Shown here: positions 36,567 through 45,978 of the stretch, in pieces
Position numbering within the stretch: position 1 is the stretch's first letter
How the letters are laid out: every line of letters starts with the position of its first letter
DNA from: an uncultured delta proteobacterium
GTDB taxonomy: Bacteria; Desulfobacterota; Binatia; Binatales; Binataceae
NCBI GenBank assembly: GCA_963833025.1
Contig: CAWHWI010000005.1
Location: 176,644-240,643 of the forward strand
Reading direction: 5' to 3'
DNA length: 64,000 nt
The notes under the pieces: generated by a model
What the model was told of the DNA's origin: nothing
The model's database searches: none
What the model saw: only the letters and a program-made list of their open reading frames with translations
Position numbers and translations under genes: made by a program

Positions 36567-37448
36567 ATGGCCAACGAAATTTTCGACCGCAAGGAAGTGT
36601 ACGTCGGACGCGATTTCGGCGGCGTCACCTACGACATCACACCCGATCTTGTCGCGACCTACGTCGCCGGCACCGGCGACGACAATCCGTGGTACCGCGG
36701 CCCCTCTCCGCTCGGCGGCGCGGTCGCTCCCGCGCTGATTCTCCATAGCGCCGTTTACCAGACGCTCGGTTGGTATCTGCCGAACATCTACGGCAACCTC
36801 CACGCCCGCCAGGAATGGAGCATCTTCGCGCCCGTGATGGTTGGCGAGCGCCTGACGACTCGCGCCGTCATCGTCGATCGCTACGTCAAGCGCGATCGCG
36901 AGTACGTCGTGAACGAAGTTCTGGTCGGCAACGCGTCGGGACAAATCGTCTCGCGCAGCCGCACCCATCAGAGCTTCCTGCTGCCCGAACAGACCAGGCA
37001 GGGTTTCGTCGTCGATCGCGCGCGCGAGAAAGACTCGTCGCGCTCATTCAAAATCGGCGAGCGCGGCGGCGATCCCATCGAGTCCCCGATGCGCAAGATC
37101 ACCGAAGACATGTGCATGGCCTTCTCGGGACCGGCGCGCAACTATCACAACGACAAGCAAAAGGCCGTCGAGCTCGGATTTCCGGAAATCGTCGTGCAGG
37201 GGATGCTGTCGGTATGCCTGGTCGCCGAAATGATGACGAAGCGCTTCGGCCTCGGCTTCCTTTATGGCGGCAAGATGGACCTGCGGCTCGTCAACGTCGT
37301 GTGGGGCAACGACGTCACCGGTCCAAAGGGATTGATCGTCGAGCGTCTCCGCGAAGGCAGCCGCTCACGCGCCGAAGTAGAAGTATGGTGCGACAAGGCC
37401 GACGGAACCAAGACCATAGTCGGCAGCGCCAGCGCGCTCGAACTGTAA
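36567..37448 (+). CDS. MaoC-like (R)-hydratase/dehydratase, double hotdog
   Basis: 293 aa. The N-terminal half is a degenerate hotdog; the C-terminal half carries NYHNDKQKAVELGFPEIVVQGML, typical of MaoC dehydratases. Confidence 0.8.
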   Translation: MANEIFDRKEVYVGRDFGGVTYDITPDLVATYVAGTGDDNPWYRGPSPLGGAVAPALILHSAVYQTLGWYLPNIYGNLHARQEWSIFAPVMVGERLTTRAVIVDRYVKRDREYVVNEVLVGNASGQIVSRSRTHQSFLLPEQTRQGFVVDRAREKDSSRSFKIGERGGDPIESPMRKITEDMCMAFSGPARNYHNDKQKAVELGFPEIVVQGMLSVCLVAEMMTKRFGLGFLYGGKMDLRLVNVVWGNDVTGPKGLIVERLREGSRSRAEVEVWCDKADGTKTIVGSASALEL

Positions 37449-37477
37449 CGCCGGCGCGCTCGCGCCATTACTAAGTT

Positions 37478-37705
37478 GTGCGCGCGAAAATCTTTCTCGC
37501 CGCCGCCGCAGCCGCAATGTTCGCCGCGGGATGCGCCAATCGATGCGACTACGCTGAGACCAAATGCCAGTACCAATGTAATCGCAACTACCAGGTCTGC
37601 GAGCTACACGGTAATGACGAATTCTATTGCCGCAATGAAATAGGTAATTGCTTCACCGAATGCGGCGCCGACCGGAGCACTTGTCATTCGTGGCTGTGGT
37701 ATTGA
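37478..37705 (+). CDS. small Cys-rich lipoprotein (hypothetical)
   Basis: GTG start. Lipobox FAAGC, then 9 further Cys in 55 residues (CANRCDYAETKCQYQCNRNYQVCE...). Confidence 0.45.
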   Translation: MRAKIFLAAAAAAMFAAGCANRCDYAETKCQYQCNRNYQVCELHGNDEFYCRNEIGNCFTECGADRSTCHSWLWY

Positions 37706-37710
37706 ATTGA

Positions 37711-39036
37711 CTATTGCGTAGTCAGCGCTTCGACATCCGCGATCGACTTCGGCGTCGCCGCCGTCATCACTTCGTGACCGTCTTCGGTCACCAGCACATC
37801 GTCTTCGATTCGAATCCCCACTCCGCGAAAACTGTCCGCCACTTCGTCGTCGTCAGGTGCGATATACAATCCCGGCTCGACCGTAAGCACCATCCCGGGC
37901 TCGAGCACTCGTGACGCGCCGTTCACCCGGTACAGCCCCACGTCATGCACGTCCATGCCGAGCCAGTGACTCGTGCGATGCATATAGTAGCGCCGGTACG
38001 CGCCCTTCTCGATTATTTCCGCGGCCGATCCGTGCAGGATTCCGAGCTGACGCATGCCGTCAACCAGCACGCGCAGAGCGACTTCGTGCGGATCGTCGAA
38101 ATGCGCGCCCGGCTTGATCGTTTCGATCGCCTTGAGCTGCGCATCGAGCACGACCTCGTAAAGGCTGCGCTGCAAACCCGAAAAGCGCGCGCCAATCGGC
38201 AACGTGCGCGTGATATCCGCCGCGTAAAAGTCGTACTCGGCGCCCGCGTCGATCAGGAGCAACTCGCCGGTCCGCATCTCGCGATCGTTGTTGATGTAAT
38301 GCAGGGTCGCCGCGTTCGGCCCCGACGCGATGATCGACGGATAGCTCGGCCCCGTCGCGCCCTGCGAGCGAAATGCGTAGTCGACCTCCGCCTCGATCTG
38401 CCACTCGCGCATCCCGCCGCGCGCCTTCGCCATCGCGCGCTTGTGCGCGTCCGCCGAAATCGCCATCGCGCGCCGCATCGCCTCGAGCTCGACCGGCTCT
38501 TTCTTCAGCCGCGCCTCGTGAACGATGTCGCGCGGATCTATTATCGACGACGGCCCCACGCCGATTCGCGGCCGCATTGTCTGCGCCCATCGAATCAGTT
38601 TCATCACCCGCTCATCCATCTTCTCGTTCAGCCCGAGCGGGTAATGCACGCGCTCGCTCTTCTCGAGATAGCGCGGCAGGATCTTTTCCAGTTCGTCAAT
38701 TACGTATGCTTTGTCCGCTCCGTATTCGATGATCGCGCCCTCGATTCCCGCGCGTCTGCCCGTCCACGTCTCGCGCTCCTTGTCGCGCGGCCGCACGAAC
38801 ATCACGAACTCGCCATCCGGATGCCCCGGCGAGAGCACCGCCACCGATTCCGGTTCCGCGAATCCCGTCAGGTAGTAGAAGTCGCTGTCTTGCCGATAGA
38901 CGAACTCGACGTCGCCCGACCGCACGGCCACCGGCGCGCTCGGCATGATCGCAGTGGCACCTGGCGCGATCGCCTCCATCATGCGCTTGCGCCGCGCGCG
39001 AAAATTGTCGCCGTCGCCGTTAACGCCCATCACCAA
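37711..39036 (-). CDS. pepP: Xaa-Pro aminopeptidase (M24B)
   Basis: 441 aa. FRQDSDFYYLTGF N-domain motif and the M24 metal ligands (DAGAEY..YAADITRT, HWLGMDVHD, EPG..I, GIRIEDD). Confidence 0.9.
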   Translation of the reverse strand: MVMGVNGDGDNFRARRKRMMEAIAPGATAIMPSAPVAVRSGDVEFVYRQDSDFYYLTGFAEPESVAVLSPGHPDGEFVMFVRPRDKERETWTGRRAGIEGAIIEYGADKAYVIDELEKILPRYLEKSERVHYPLGLNEKMDERVMKLIRWAQTMRPRIGVGPSSIIDPRDIVHEARLKKEPVELEAMRRAMAISADAHKRAMAKARGGMREWQIEAEVDYAFRSQGATGPSYPSIIASGPNAATLHYINNDREMRTGELLLIDAGAEYDFYAADITRTLPIGARFSGLQRSLYEVVLDAQLKAIETIKPGAHFDDPHEVALRVLVDGMRQLGILHGSAAEIIEKGAYRRYYMHRTSHWLGMDVHDVGLYRVNGASRVLEPGMVLTVEPGLYIAPDDDEVADSFRGVGIRIEDDVLVTEDGHEVMTAATPKSIADVEALTTQ

Positions 39037-39058
39037 CCATTAGGCCACGACCCACAGC

Positions 39059-39913
39059 TCACGGCAATCCGGCGCGCGGCACCTCGACTTGCGTAATTTC
39101 GATTCTCCCACCTCGCGTCGCGCGACACTTCTCCGGATCGGAATTCGGCGCCGTCGCAATGAACAGCGTCCGCCCGTCGACGCCGCCCAGCATGCATGCG
39201 AACGCGTCCGTCTCCACCTTGATCCGCTCGACCACTTCGCCGCCCTGCTTCACCCGAATCACTTCCGACGCCGTCGGACACGCCACCCAGATTGCATTCT
39301 CCGCGTCCAGGCAAATTCCATCGGGCAGGCTGTTTCCCAATTCAGCCCACACGCGCCGATTCGCGAGCGAGCCGTCCGCACCGATATCAAACGCCGTCAA
39401 TCGCCGCCCGAACGTCTCGCCGACGATCAGCGTCTTCCCGTCCGGCGTAATCACCATCCCGTTCGGGAACATCATGTCCTCGGCCACCACGCGCGCTACG
39501 CCGTCCGGCCCGGCCATCACCAACGTCGTCCCGCGCGGCGTCTCGCCCTTGTGCAGATCGAATCCAAAGTTGCCGACGTACGCGCGCCCGCGCGCATCGA
39601 CCACCATGTCGTTGCAATCGAACGGCGCGAGCGGCATCAGATCCGACGCGGTCTTCAGTCCATCGCGATCCAGGCGCATCAGCTTCCGATCGGTCATCGA
39701 CACCACCAGCATCCGTCCGTCGGGCAGCCATCCAAGTCCCGACGGCCGCCCCGGCACTTCGCAAACGACCTCGCGCTTCCCCGCCATATCAACCGCGACC
39801 ACCTGATGCGCATGCATGTCCGAGAAATAAAACTTCCCGTCACGCCATCGCGGCCCCTCAGGAAACGCCAACCCGTCGATCAAAACTTTCAACGTCCGCA
39901 TTTTTTTTAACAC
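39059..39913 (-). CDS. SMP-30/gluconolactonase/LRE-family beta-propeller protein
   Basis: FPEGPRW, LPDG, NDMVVD, PNG and PDGI repeats of the six-bladed propeller. The start is GTG 39913 or ATG 39901. Confidence 0.85.
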   Translation of the reverse strand: MLKKMRTLKVLIDGLAFPEGPRWRDGKFYFSDMHAHQVVAVDMAGKREVVCEVPGRPSGLGWLPDGRMLVVSMTDRKLMRLDRDGLKTASDLMPLAPFDCNDMVVDARGRAYVGNFGFDLHKGETPRGTTLVMAGPDGVARVVAEDMMFPNGMVITPDGKTLIVGETFGRRLTAFDIGADGSLANRRVWAELGNSLPDGICLDAENAIWVACPTASEVIRVKQGGEVVERIKVETDAFACMLGGVDGRTLFIATAPNSDPEKCRATRGGRIEITQVEVPRAGLP

Positions 39914-39978
39914 CGGGTGCAGGGGTCACCCCTGCCCAAGGAAGCGTGAACCCCACGGAGGGTTTCACTAAAATAAAG
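39913..39978. repeat. double-hairpin intergenic repeat, copy 1 (copy 2 at 43994..44060)
   Basis: ccgggtgcaggggtcacccctgcccaaggaagcgtgaaccccacggagggtttcactaaaataaag versus ccgggtgcaggggtcacccgtgcccaaggaggtgcggaacccacggcgggttccgcgttaaataaag. The second stem shows a compensatory T:A to C:G change. Confidence 0.85.
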
Positions 39979-39994
39979 ATCGTTCCACTCTTAT

Positions 39995-41238
39995 CTAGTC
40001 CAGTGCCCCCTTCGATCTCATCGCCTCGACCTCCTCCGCGCTGTACCCGAGCAACCCCTTCATCACCTCGTCAGTATGCTGTCCCAGCGCCGGCGCCGCC
40101 GTCTTCACGTCGCAGGGAGTCCCGCTCATCCGCCACGGAATGCCGCAATGCTGCCGTTTGCCGACCTCCGGATGCTCGCGATAAACAAAGTATTCGCGCT
40201 CAGTGAGATGCGGATCCTCCGACAGGTACTTGCTATCGGCGCAAGCTCCCGCCGTGACTCCCGCCGCTTGCAGAGTCGTCACGACGTCCGCAACCTTGCG
40301 CGTCGCCGTATACTCACTGACTATTGCTTCGAGTGCGTCCTCGTTCTGTTTGCGCGCCGCGAGCGTAGCGAATCGTGGATCTTTAGCTACTTCAGCCTTT
40401 CCTATTGTACTAGCCAGTCGACCCCATTCCGTATCGTCCGCACATACTATCGCGACGAATTGATCGATCGTCACGTCGAGGATTTTCTCCGGCAGATCGA
40501 CGCACTTGAAAATTCCATGCGGCGCCATCAGCGGATCGCGATTCCCGACTCGTTCCGGCTCGCGCCCGTTCATCGTGTATTCCAAAATCCCTTCTGCCAG
40601 AAGGTCCATCGCGCATTCCCACTGGCTCATGTCGACATATTGTCCCTCGCCGGTTTTCGCCCGATGAAACAGCGCGCTGATTATTGCGAACGCGCCATGC
40701 ACTCCCGCGTTGGGGTCGGCGTAGCTGAACCCGGCATGCATCGGCGGAAATCCCCTATAGCCAGTAAGCGCCGAGAGCCCTGACAACGGCACCTGCGCCG
40801 GGCCGTACGCCACGTAATGACTATACGGTCCGGTGTCGCCGTAACCCGACAGAGTAATCATTACTACATTCGGATTTACTTTCTTCACTTCTTCGTAGCC
40901 GAATCCCATCTTCTCAGCACGCCCGCCGCGAAGTTGTTAATTACGACGTCGCTCTGCTTTATAAGCCGCCACGCCGCCTCCTTCGCCTCCGGATGCTTGA
41001 AATTCAGCGACAGCGACTTCTTGCCCTGGTTGTACTGATTGAAGTAGCCCGACTGGTTGAGGCTTTTGAACACGCCGTCCGGCCACGGCGGCAGCATCCG
41101 GGTCACGCACGGCCGCGTCCTGGTTTCGATCCTGATCACTTCGGCCCCAAGATGCGCCAGTTGCAGGGTGCAGTACGGTCCCGCCCACACCCACGTAAAA
41201 TCGCAAACTCGAATTCCCGACAGAGGAGGCTTCGCCAT
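39995..41238 (-). pseudogene. family III (CaiB/BaiF) CoA-transferase interrupted by a -1 frameshift
   Basis: ORFs 40885..41238 and 39995..40909 are the N- and C-terminal parts. Restoring one G at about 40925 (ctgag to ctggag) gives ...DVVINNFAAGVLEKMGFGYEEVKKVNP..., the canonical family sequence. Confidence 0.8.
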
Positions 41239-41240
41239 CG

Positions 41241-42446
41241 CTAAATCACACCCTTGCGCTTGAGTTCGTCGAGTCGCGCCTGCGAGAGTCCGAGCTTGCC
41301 GAATACTTCCGCGTTATGCTGTCCGAGCGTCGGCGCCGGCCGCCGAATTTCCCACGGGGTGCGCGCGAACTTCAGCGGCGCGCCCGGATACTTATGCGTG
41401 CCGGCGATCGGCTGCGCGATCTCGACGAAAAATCCGCGCGCCTTCAGATGCTCCGAGTTGAGCAGGTCGCCCATCGTCGACACCGGCGCAAACGGCACGC
41501 GCTTGGCCTGCGCCTTGCGATACAGGTCCAGCACCGTCTGCTGGCTGACCCATTCTTCGAGCATCGGCTTGAGCGCGTCCCAGTTCAGCCCGCGCTGCAG
41601 CCGATCGTTGAAAATCTCCTCGTTCGCCCATTCGGGATTTCCCATGATTTCAACGAAATTGCGCCACTGGTGCTCCTCTATACAGCACAGATAAATGTAC
41701 CCGTCCTTGCAATGCATCGCTTCGATCGGCTGGATCGGCTTCTGCCCCAGCCGCGTCGCGATCATCTTCATGTACGGCCAGTACTCGAACGTCATCTCGA
41801 GGATCGATGCGATCGATTCCTGCACCGACACCTCGACATGCTGCCCCGTGCCGTCGCGAAGTTGCGCGAATGCCGCCGCCATCGTCGCGGTCGCGCCATG
41901 CACTCCGCCCTGGTATCCCGCCTGATGGCCCGCGGTCTTGAGCGGCGGCAGCTCCGGATGCTCCGGCCCTCCTCCGTTCAGCACGCACACTCCGCCCGCG
42001 CACCAGATCGTCAAATCCTCGGCGCGGTAATCGCGATACGGACCCGTCAGTCCGAACGGCAGTATCGACGTCATGATCAATTTCGGATTCGCGCGCCGCA
42101 TCCGCTCATACGTGAGCCCGACGCGATCCATCTCGGGCGGCGTGACGTTGTGAATCAGGATGTCGGCGCCCGCCATCAGCTTCTCCAGAATCTCGAAACC
42201 CTCGGGCTGCGTGATATCGAGCGTGACGCCGCGCTTGTTGGTGTTGAGATAAAGAAAGAGTCCGCTGGTCTCGAGATTCGGCTTGTCTCCTGGAAACGGC
42301 CCGCGCGTCCGCGCCCGATCGCCGGCGCCCGGCCTCTCGACCTTGACCACCTCGGCCCCCATGTCCGCCAGCAGCTTGCTGCAGTACGGCGCCGACACCA
42401 GCTCGCCAACTTCAACGATCTTTAAACTAGCTAAAGCTCCCGCCAT
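41241..42446 (-). CDS. family III (CaiB/BaiF) CoA-transferase
   Basis: 401 aa, intact. LKIVEVGELVSAPYCSKLLADMGAEVVKVE and an Asp-containing active-site region. Confidence 0.9.
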   Translation of the reverse strand: MAGALASLKIVEVGELVSAPYCSKLLADMGAEVVKVERPGAGDRARTRGPFPGDKPNLETSGLFLYLNTNKRGVTLDITQPEGFEILEKLMAGADILIHNVTPPEMDRVGLTYERMRRANPKLIMTSILPFGLTGPYRDYRAEDLTIWCAGGVCVLNGGGPEHPELPPLKTAGHQAGYQGGVHGATATMAAAFAQLRDGTGQHVEVSVQESIASILEMTFEYWPYMKMIATRLGQKPIQPIEAMHCKDGYIYLCCIEEHQWRNFVEIMGNPEWANEEIFNDRLQRGLNWDALKPMLEEWVSQQTVLDLYRKAQAKRVPFAPVSTMGDLLNSEHLKARGFFVEIAQPIAGTHKYPGAPLKFARTPWEIRRPAPTLGQHNAEVFGKLGLSQARLDELKRKGVI

Positions 42447-42478
42447 CGATACTCCATCTGTCGCGATCGCTAGAATTC

Positions 42479-42751
42479 TTATTCCGGGAACACCTGCCGA
42501 AAGGGCTTGACCTCGACGCGCGCGAACACGCCTTTCGTCACGTACGGATCGCTATTCGCGAATACGATAGCTTCCGCCTCACTCTCCATATCTACAATGA
42601 TAAGGCTCCCGCTGCCGTCGGTGAATGGCCCCGCGATCTTAACTTTGCCGGCTCGAACCAGCGGCTGCAGATTCTCGAGATGCTCCTGCCTCACCTTCGG
42701 TCGCAACGCAGTCCCGTCGGGTCCGTCATGGCCGATAATCACGAACAGCAT
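42479..42751 (-). CDS. YciI-family protein
   Basis: Start MLFVIIGHD at 42751; about 90 aa with the ferredoxin-like YciI pattern (R..HL..L, GP, DPY...G). Confidence 0.8.
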   Translation of the reverse strand: MLFVIIGHDGPDGTALRPKVRQEHLENLQPLVRAGKVKIAGPFTDGSGSLIIVDMESEAEAIVFANSDPYVTKGVFARVEVKPFRQVFPE

Positions 42752-42910
42752 TGCATCGTCCTTCTGAAAAAACGCGCCGGAATGAGCCCGCATTAATTAG
42801 CACGCCCCGACCCCGCCCGTAAAATCGCCCAACGCCGAGCCCATTCCACGGTCGAGACTTAGTCTGGCAGCGATGGTAACGTCTGCGAGTCCTCGAAAAA
42901 AAGAGGATCG

Positions 42911-43969
42911 GTGCGAGGAGGCACATCGTCAACGATCTTTCGCGAACTCAATCATTCCAAGTGCAAGACCTACCTTGCCATCTCGGAAGCGACACGCAAA
43001 GCCGCCGTCATCGATCCTTTGCATGACAAGGTCGAGCGCTACCTCGCGGTCCTCGCGTATCACGGGTTGCGCTTGGACTCGATCATCGACACCCATACTC
43101 ATGCCGATCATCGCAGCGGCGCGATGGAGTTAGGCGCGCTCGCCGGCGCGCCGGTCGTGATGCATCGTCTGGCGCCCGCTCCGCACGTCGGCATCCATGT
43201 CGAAGACGGTCAGGCGCTGAAGGTTGGCGACGAGGAACTTCGCGTCCTTCACACACCCGGCCACACGCCGGATTCGATAAGCCTGCTCGCGAAAGATCGC
43301 GTCTTCACCGGCGACGTACTGTTCATCCACGGCACCGGACGCGCCGATTTTGCGGGCGGCGACGCGGGCTTTCAATACGATTCGATCGTGCGCAAACTGT
43401 TCACGCTGCCCGACAACATCATGGTTTTTCCCGCGCACGACTATCGAGGGCATACGCAATCGACCATCGGCGAGGAGAAGCGCTCGAATCCACGGCTGGC
43501 CGGCAAGACCCGCGACGATTACATCAACTTGATGAACAACCTCGGCTTGCCGCTGCCCGACGGCATCCAGGAGGCGCTGCAACCGAATCAATCCGATCTC
43601 GAGGCGGGCGCGCTCAAGTTCCCGACGCTTTCGCAACTCAACCAGGTACGCCAGTTGAGCGCTGCGCAGTTGCGCGATCGTATCGCGAGCCCCAATCCGC
43701 CGATGCTCATCGATGTACGCGAGGAAGATGAGTATCGCGGCGAACTCGGCCACATCGCGGGCGCGCGCCTGATCCCGCTGAAAGAGCTACCCGAGCGAAC
43801 CGACGAGCTAGCGAATGAAAAAACCCGGGACATAGTCGCGATCTGCAGAGTAGGAGTCAGAAGCGCCACCGCCGCCGCGATCCTCACCGGCTTGGGCTTC
43901 GAGCACGTCTGGAACCTGAAAGGTGGCATGCTCGAATGGAGAGACGCGAACCTACCAGTCGAGCGATAA
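42911..43969 (+). CDS. MBL-fold persulfide-dioxygenase-like domain fused to a rhodanese domain
   Basis: THTHADH metal motif, HTPGHTPDS, and a C-terminal rhodanese with active-site loop CRVGVRS. GTG start. Confidence 0.85.
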   Translation: MRGGTSSTIFRELNHSKCKTYLAISEATRKAAVIDPLHDKVERYLAVLAYHGLRLDSIIDTHTHADHRSGAMELGALAGAPVVMHRLAPAPHVGIHVEDGQALKVGDEELRVLHTPGHTPDSISLLAKDRVFTGDVLFIHGTGRADFAGGDAGFQYDSIVRKLFTLPDNIMVFPAHDYRGHTQSTIGEEKRSNPRLAGKTRDDYINLMNNLGLPLPDGIQEALQPNQSDLEAGALKFPTLSQLNQVRQLSAAQLRDRIASPNPPMLIDVREEDEYRGELGHIAGARLIPLKELPERTDELANEKTRDIVAICRVGVRSATAAAILTGLGFEHVWNLKGGMLEWRDANLPVER

Positions 43970-43993
43970 CCCCGGCCTGCCTTACTCTTGGTA

Positions 43994-44060
43994 CCGGGTG
44001 CAGGGGTCACCCGTGCCCAAGGAGGTGCGGAACCCACGGCGGGTTCCGCGTTAAATAAAG
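43994..44060. repeat. double-hairpin intergenic repeat, copy 2
   Basis: See copy 1 (39913..39978). Both copies lie just downstream of the stop of a minus-strand gene, in the same orientation. Confidence 0.85.
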
Positions 44061-44078
44061 TGATTTACCCTTCCTTTT

Positions 44079-45128
44079 TTAGACTTGATCCTTGTCCAAC
44101 GCCGAGCTCCACTTCCGCGACGCCCGCCCTTCCCAGCCGCGCTTGTGATACGCGTACCCGACGATCAGCGGCACCGCGATCGTCGCCTCGCAATACACCA
44201 TCTGCTCATAGGTCGTATCGACTTTGCCCCAGCTGCTCGCCTCTTTGAGCGTGCTGCCTGAGAGCGCGCCGTCGCGCACGTCGGCGACAGTGATCTGGAT
44301 CGCGTACTTGTGCATCGGCACGTCATGCCCCAGCACTTCGGCGGCGACCACGATATCCTGCGCGAAATTCTTCGGCACGCCGCCGCCGATCATGAACAGC
44401 CCGGTGCTTTCGTTCTTCACCTTGAGCCGCGTCAGCTCGTAAAAATCCTTCGCGCTGTCGAGCGAGACCTTGGGCTTGCCGTGACGCGCCGCCTGATGCG
44501 CGACGAGTCCGAATCCTGCCGAGCAGTCGCTGAAGGCCGGACAAAAAATCGGCACCTCCTCGCGATACGCCTCGAGCACGATACTCGCCGCCGTCTTCGC
44601 GCCCGTCTCGGCCAGGTACTTGCCCATCTCGCCGACGAACTCGCGCGACGAGTACGGTCGCGACTCGAGGCTGTCGGTGATCTTGTGAATCGTCTCGTCG
44701 CACACGCGCAGTTCGTCTTCGTCGATCAGCGTGTCGTAGATTCGATCGATATGCAGCTCGCGCAGCTTGTCGTCGTCGAGCCCGTACTTGAAGCGATCCT
44801 CGGCCATCCAATGCTTGAAGCCGAGCGCCTCGAAAAAATCCTGGTCCACGATGTTCGCGCCGGTGCTCACGATCGCATCGACCATGTGATTGCGAATCAT
44901 ATCGGCGAAGACCCGCTTCAGCCCCGCACTGATCAGCGATCCCGCCAGGCACAGGATCACGCCGCAGTCGCGATCGCGCAGCATCCGATCGTAGATCGTC
45001 GCGGCACGATGCAGGTCGCGGGCGCTGTACGCCATCTGCCCCATCGCCTCGACGATCGGCACGACGCTGTCACGCGTGATATCGACGTGTTCGATCGGTG
45101 TTTTTAGAAACTCTGATTTGACGCTCAT
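44079..45128 (-). CDS. deoxyhypusine synthase family protein (DHS-like / homospermidine-synthase-like)
   Basis: 349 aa. LAGSLISAGL, STGANIVDQD, IGGGVPKNF and the catalytic-Lys motif EASSWGKV are all present. Confidence 0.9.
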   Translation of the reverse strand: MSVKSEFLKTPIEHVDITRDSVVPIVEAMGQMAYSARDLHRAATIYDRMLRDRDCGVILCLAGSLISAGLKRVFADMIRNHMVDAIVSTGANIVDQDFFEALGFKHWMAEDRFKYGLDDDKLRELHIDRIYDTLIDEDELRVCDETIHKITDSLESRPYSSREFVGEMGKYLAETGAKTAASIVLEAYREEVPIFCPAFSDCSAGFGLVAHQAARHGKPKVSLDSAKDFYELTRLKVKNESTGLFMIGGGVPKNFAQDIVVAAEVLGHDVPMHKYAIQITVADVRDGALSGSTLKEASSWGKVDTTYEQMVYCEATIAVPLIVGYAYHKRGWEGRASRKWSSALDKDQV

Positions 45129-45189
45129 TGTCGTTCCTTGCGTTATGTTCGATTGGTTGGCCGATAGTACGCATCGGCCATGTTCTACG

Positions 45190-45978
45190 CTACTTCAGCG
45201 GACCAATCCCGCCCAGTCCCGTGAAGTAGAGCATAAAATTGAGCGTGCCGAGCCCGATCAGAAACGCAAACGCGACGATATCCGCCGCCGTCACCGGATA
45301 CTCGATAAAGGTCGTCGGCTCGTGGCTGAATCCAAACCCGCGCGCTTCCAGAGCCATCGCCATGTTGTTGGCCTTGCGCAGCGCGCCCATAAAAACCGGA
45401 ATCACGACCGGCACGTAGCGCCGCACACGCTCGAGCGGCCCGCCCTGGTTGAAGTCGTAGCCGCGCAAACGCTGTGCATCGACAATCGTCACCGCGGAGT
45501 CGATGAACAGCGGGACTAATCTGAATGAGAGTGAGATCGCGAAGCTGACCCGATACGGCACCCGCATCCGCTGCAACCCGTAGGTGAACTCCTCGATCTT
45601 GGTGGTCGAAAGAAACAGCACCGACGCCGCCAGCAACTCCGCCAGCTTGATCCCGCGCCCGAGTCCGAACACCAGCGACAACCGGCTGACGTGGAAGACC
45701 GGCACGTTCACCAACACCGCGCCGCGCCGGTAGAAAACCATCCACGCAATCGTCGTGGTGAAAACCAGGATCGCAAACAACCATCGCAAACGGTAGAAGT
45801 TCGGCCACGAATCGGTCAGCTGCGCGATCCACAGCATCACCAGGCCGACCGGCAACAGCGCGATTGGATTGTCCACCCAGTACACCGACCAGAACATGAC
45901 GAACAGCGCGAATACCTTGACCGTGGGATGCAGCCGATGAACGAACGTGCCGCGATCGATGTACAAATAAATCGGCAT
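45190..45978 (-). CDS. ecfT: ECF transporter transmembrane (T) component, CbiQ family
   Basis: Start at ATG 45978 overlaps the ATPase stop (TGATG). Has HPTVKV near the N-terminus and the conserved ARG-type loop ALEARGF. Confidence 0.85.
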   Translation of the reverse strand: MPIYLYIDRGTFVHRLHPTVKVFALFVMFWSVYWVDNPIALLPVGLVMLWIAQLTDSWPNFYRLRWLFAILVFTTTIAWMVFYRRGAVLVNVPVFHVSRLSLVFGLGRGIKLAELLAASVLFLSTTKIEEFTYGLQRMRVPYRVSFAISLSFRLVPLFIDSAVTIVDAQRLRGYDFNQGGPLERVRRYVPVVIPVFMGALRKANNMAMALEARGFGFSHEPTTFIEYPVTAADIVAFAFLIGLGTLNFMLYFTGLGGIGPLK

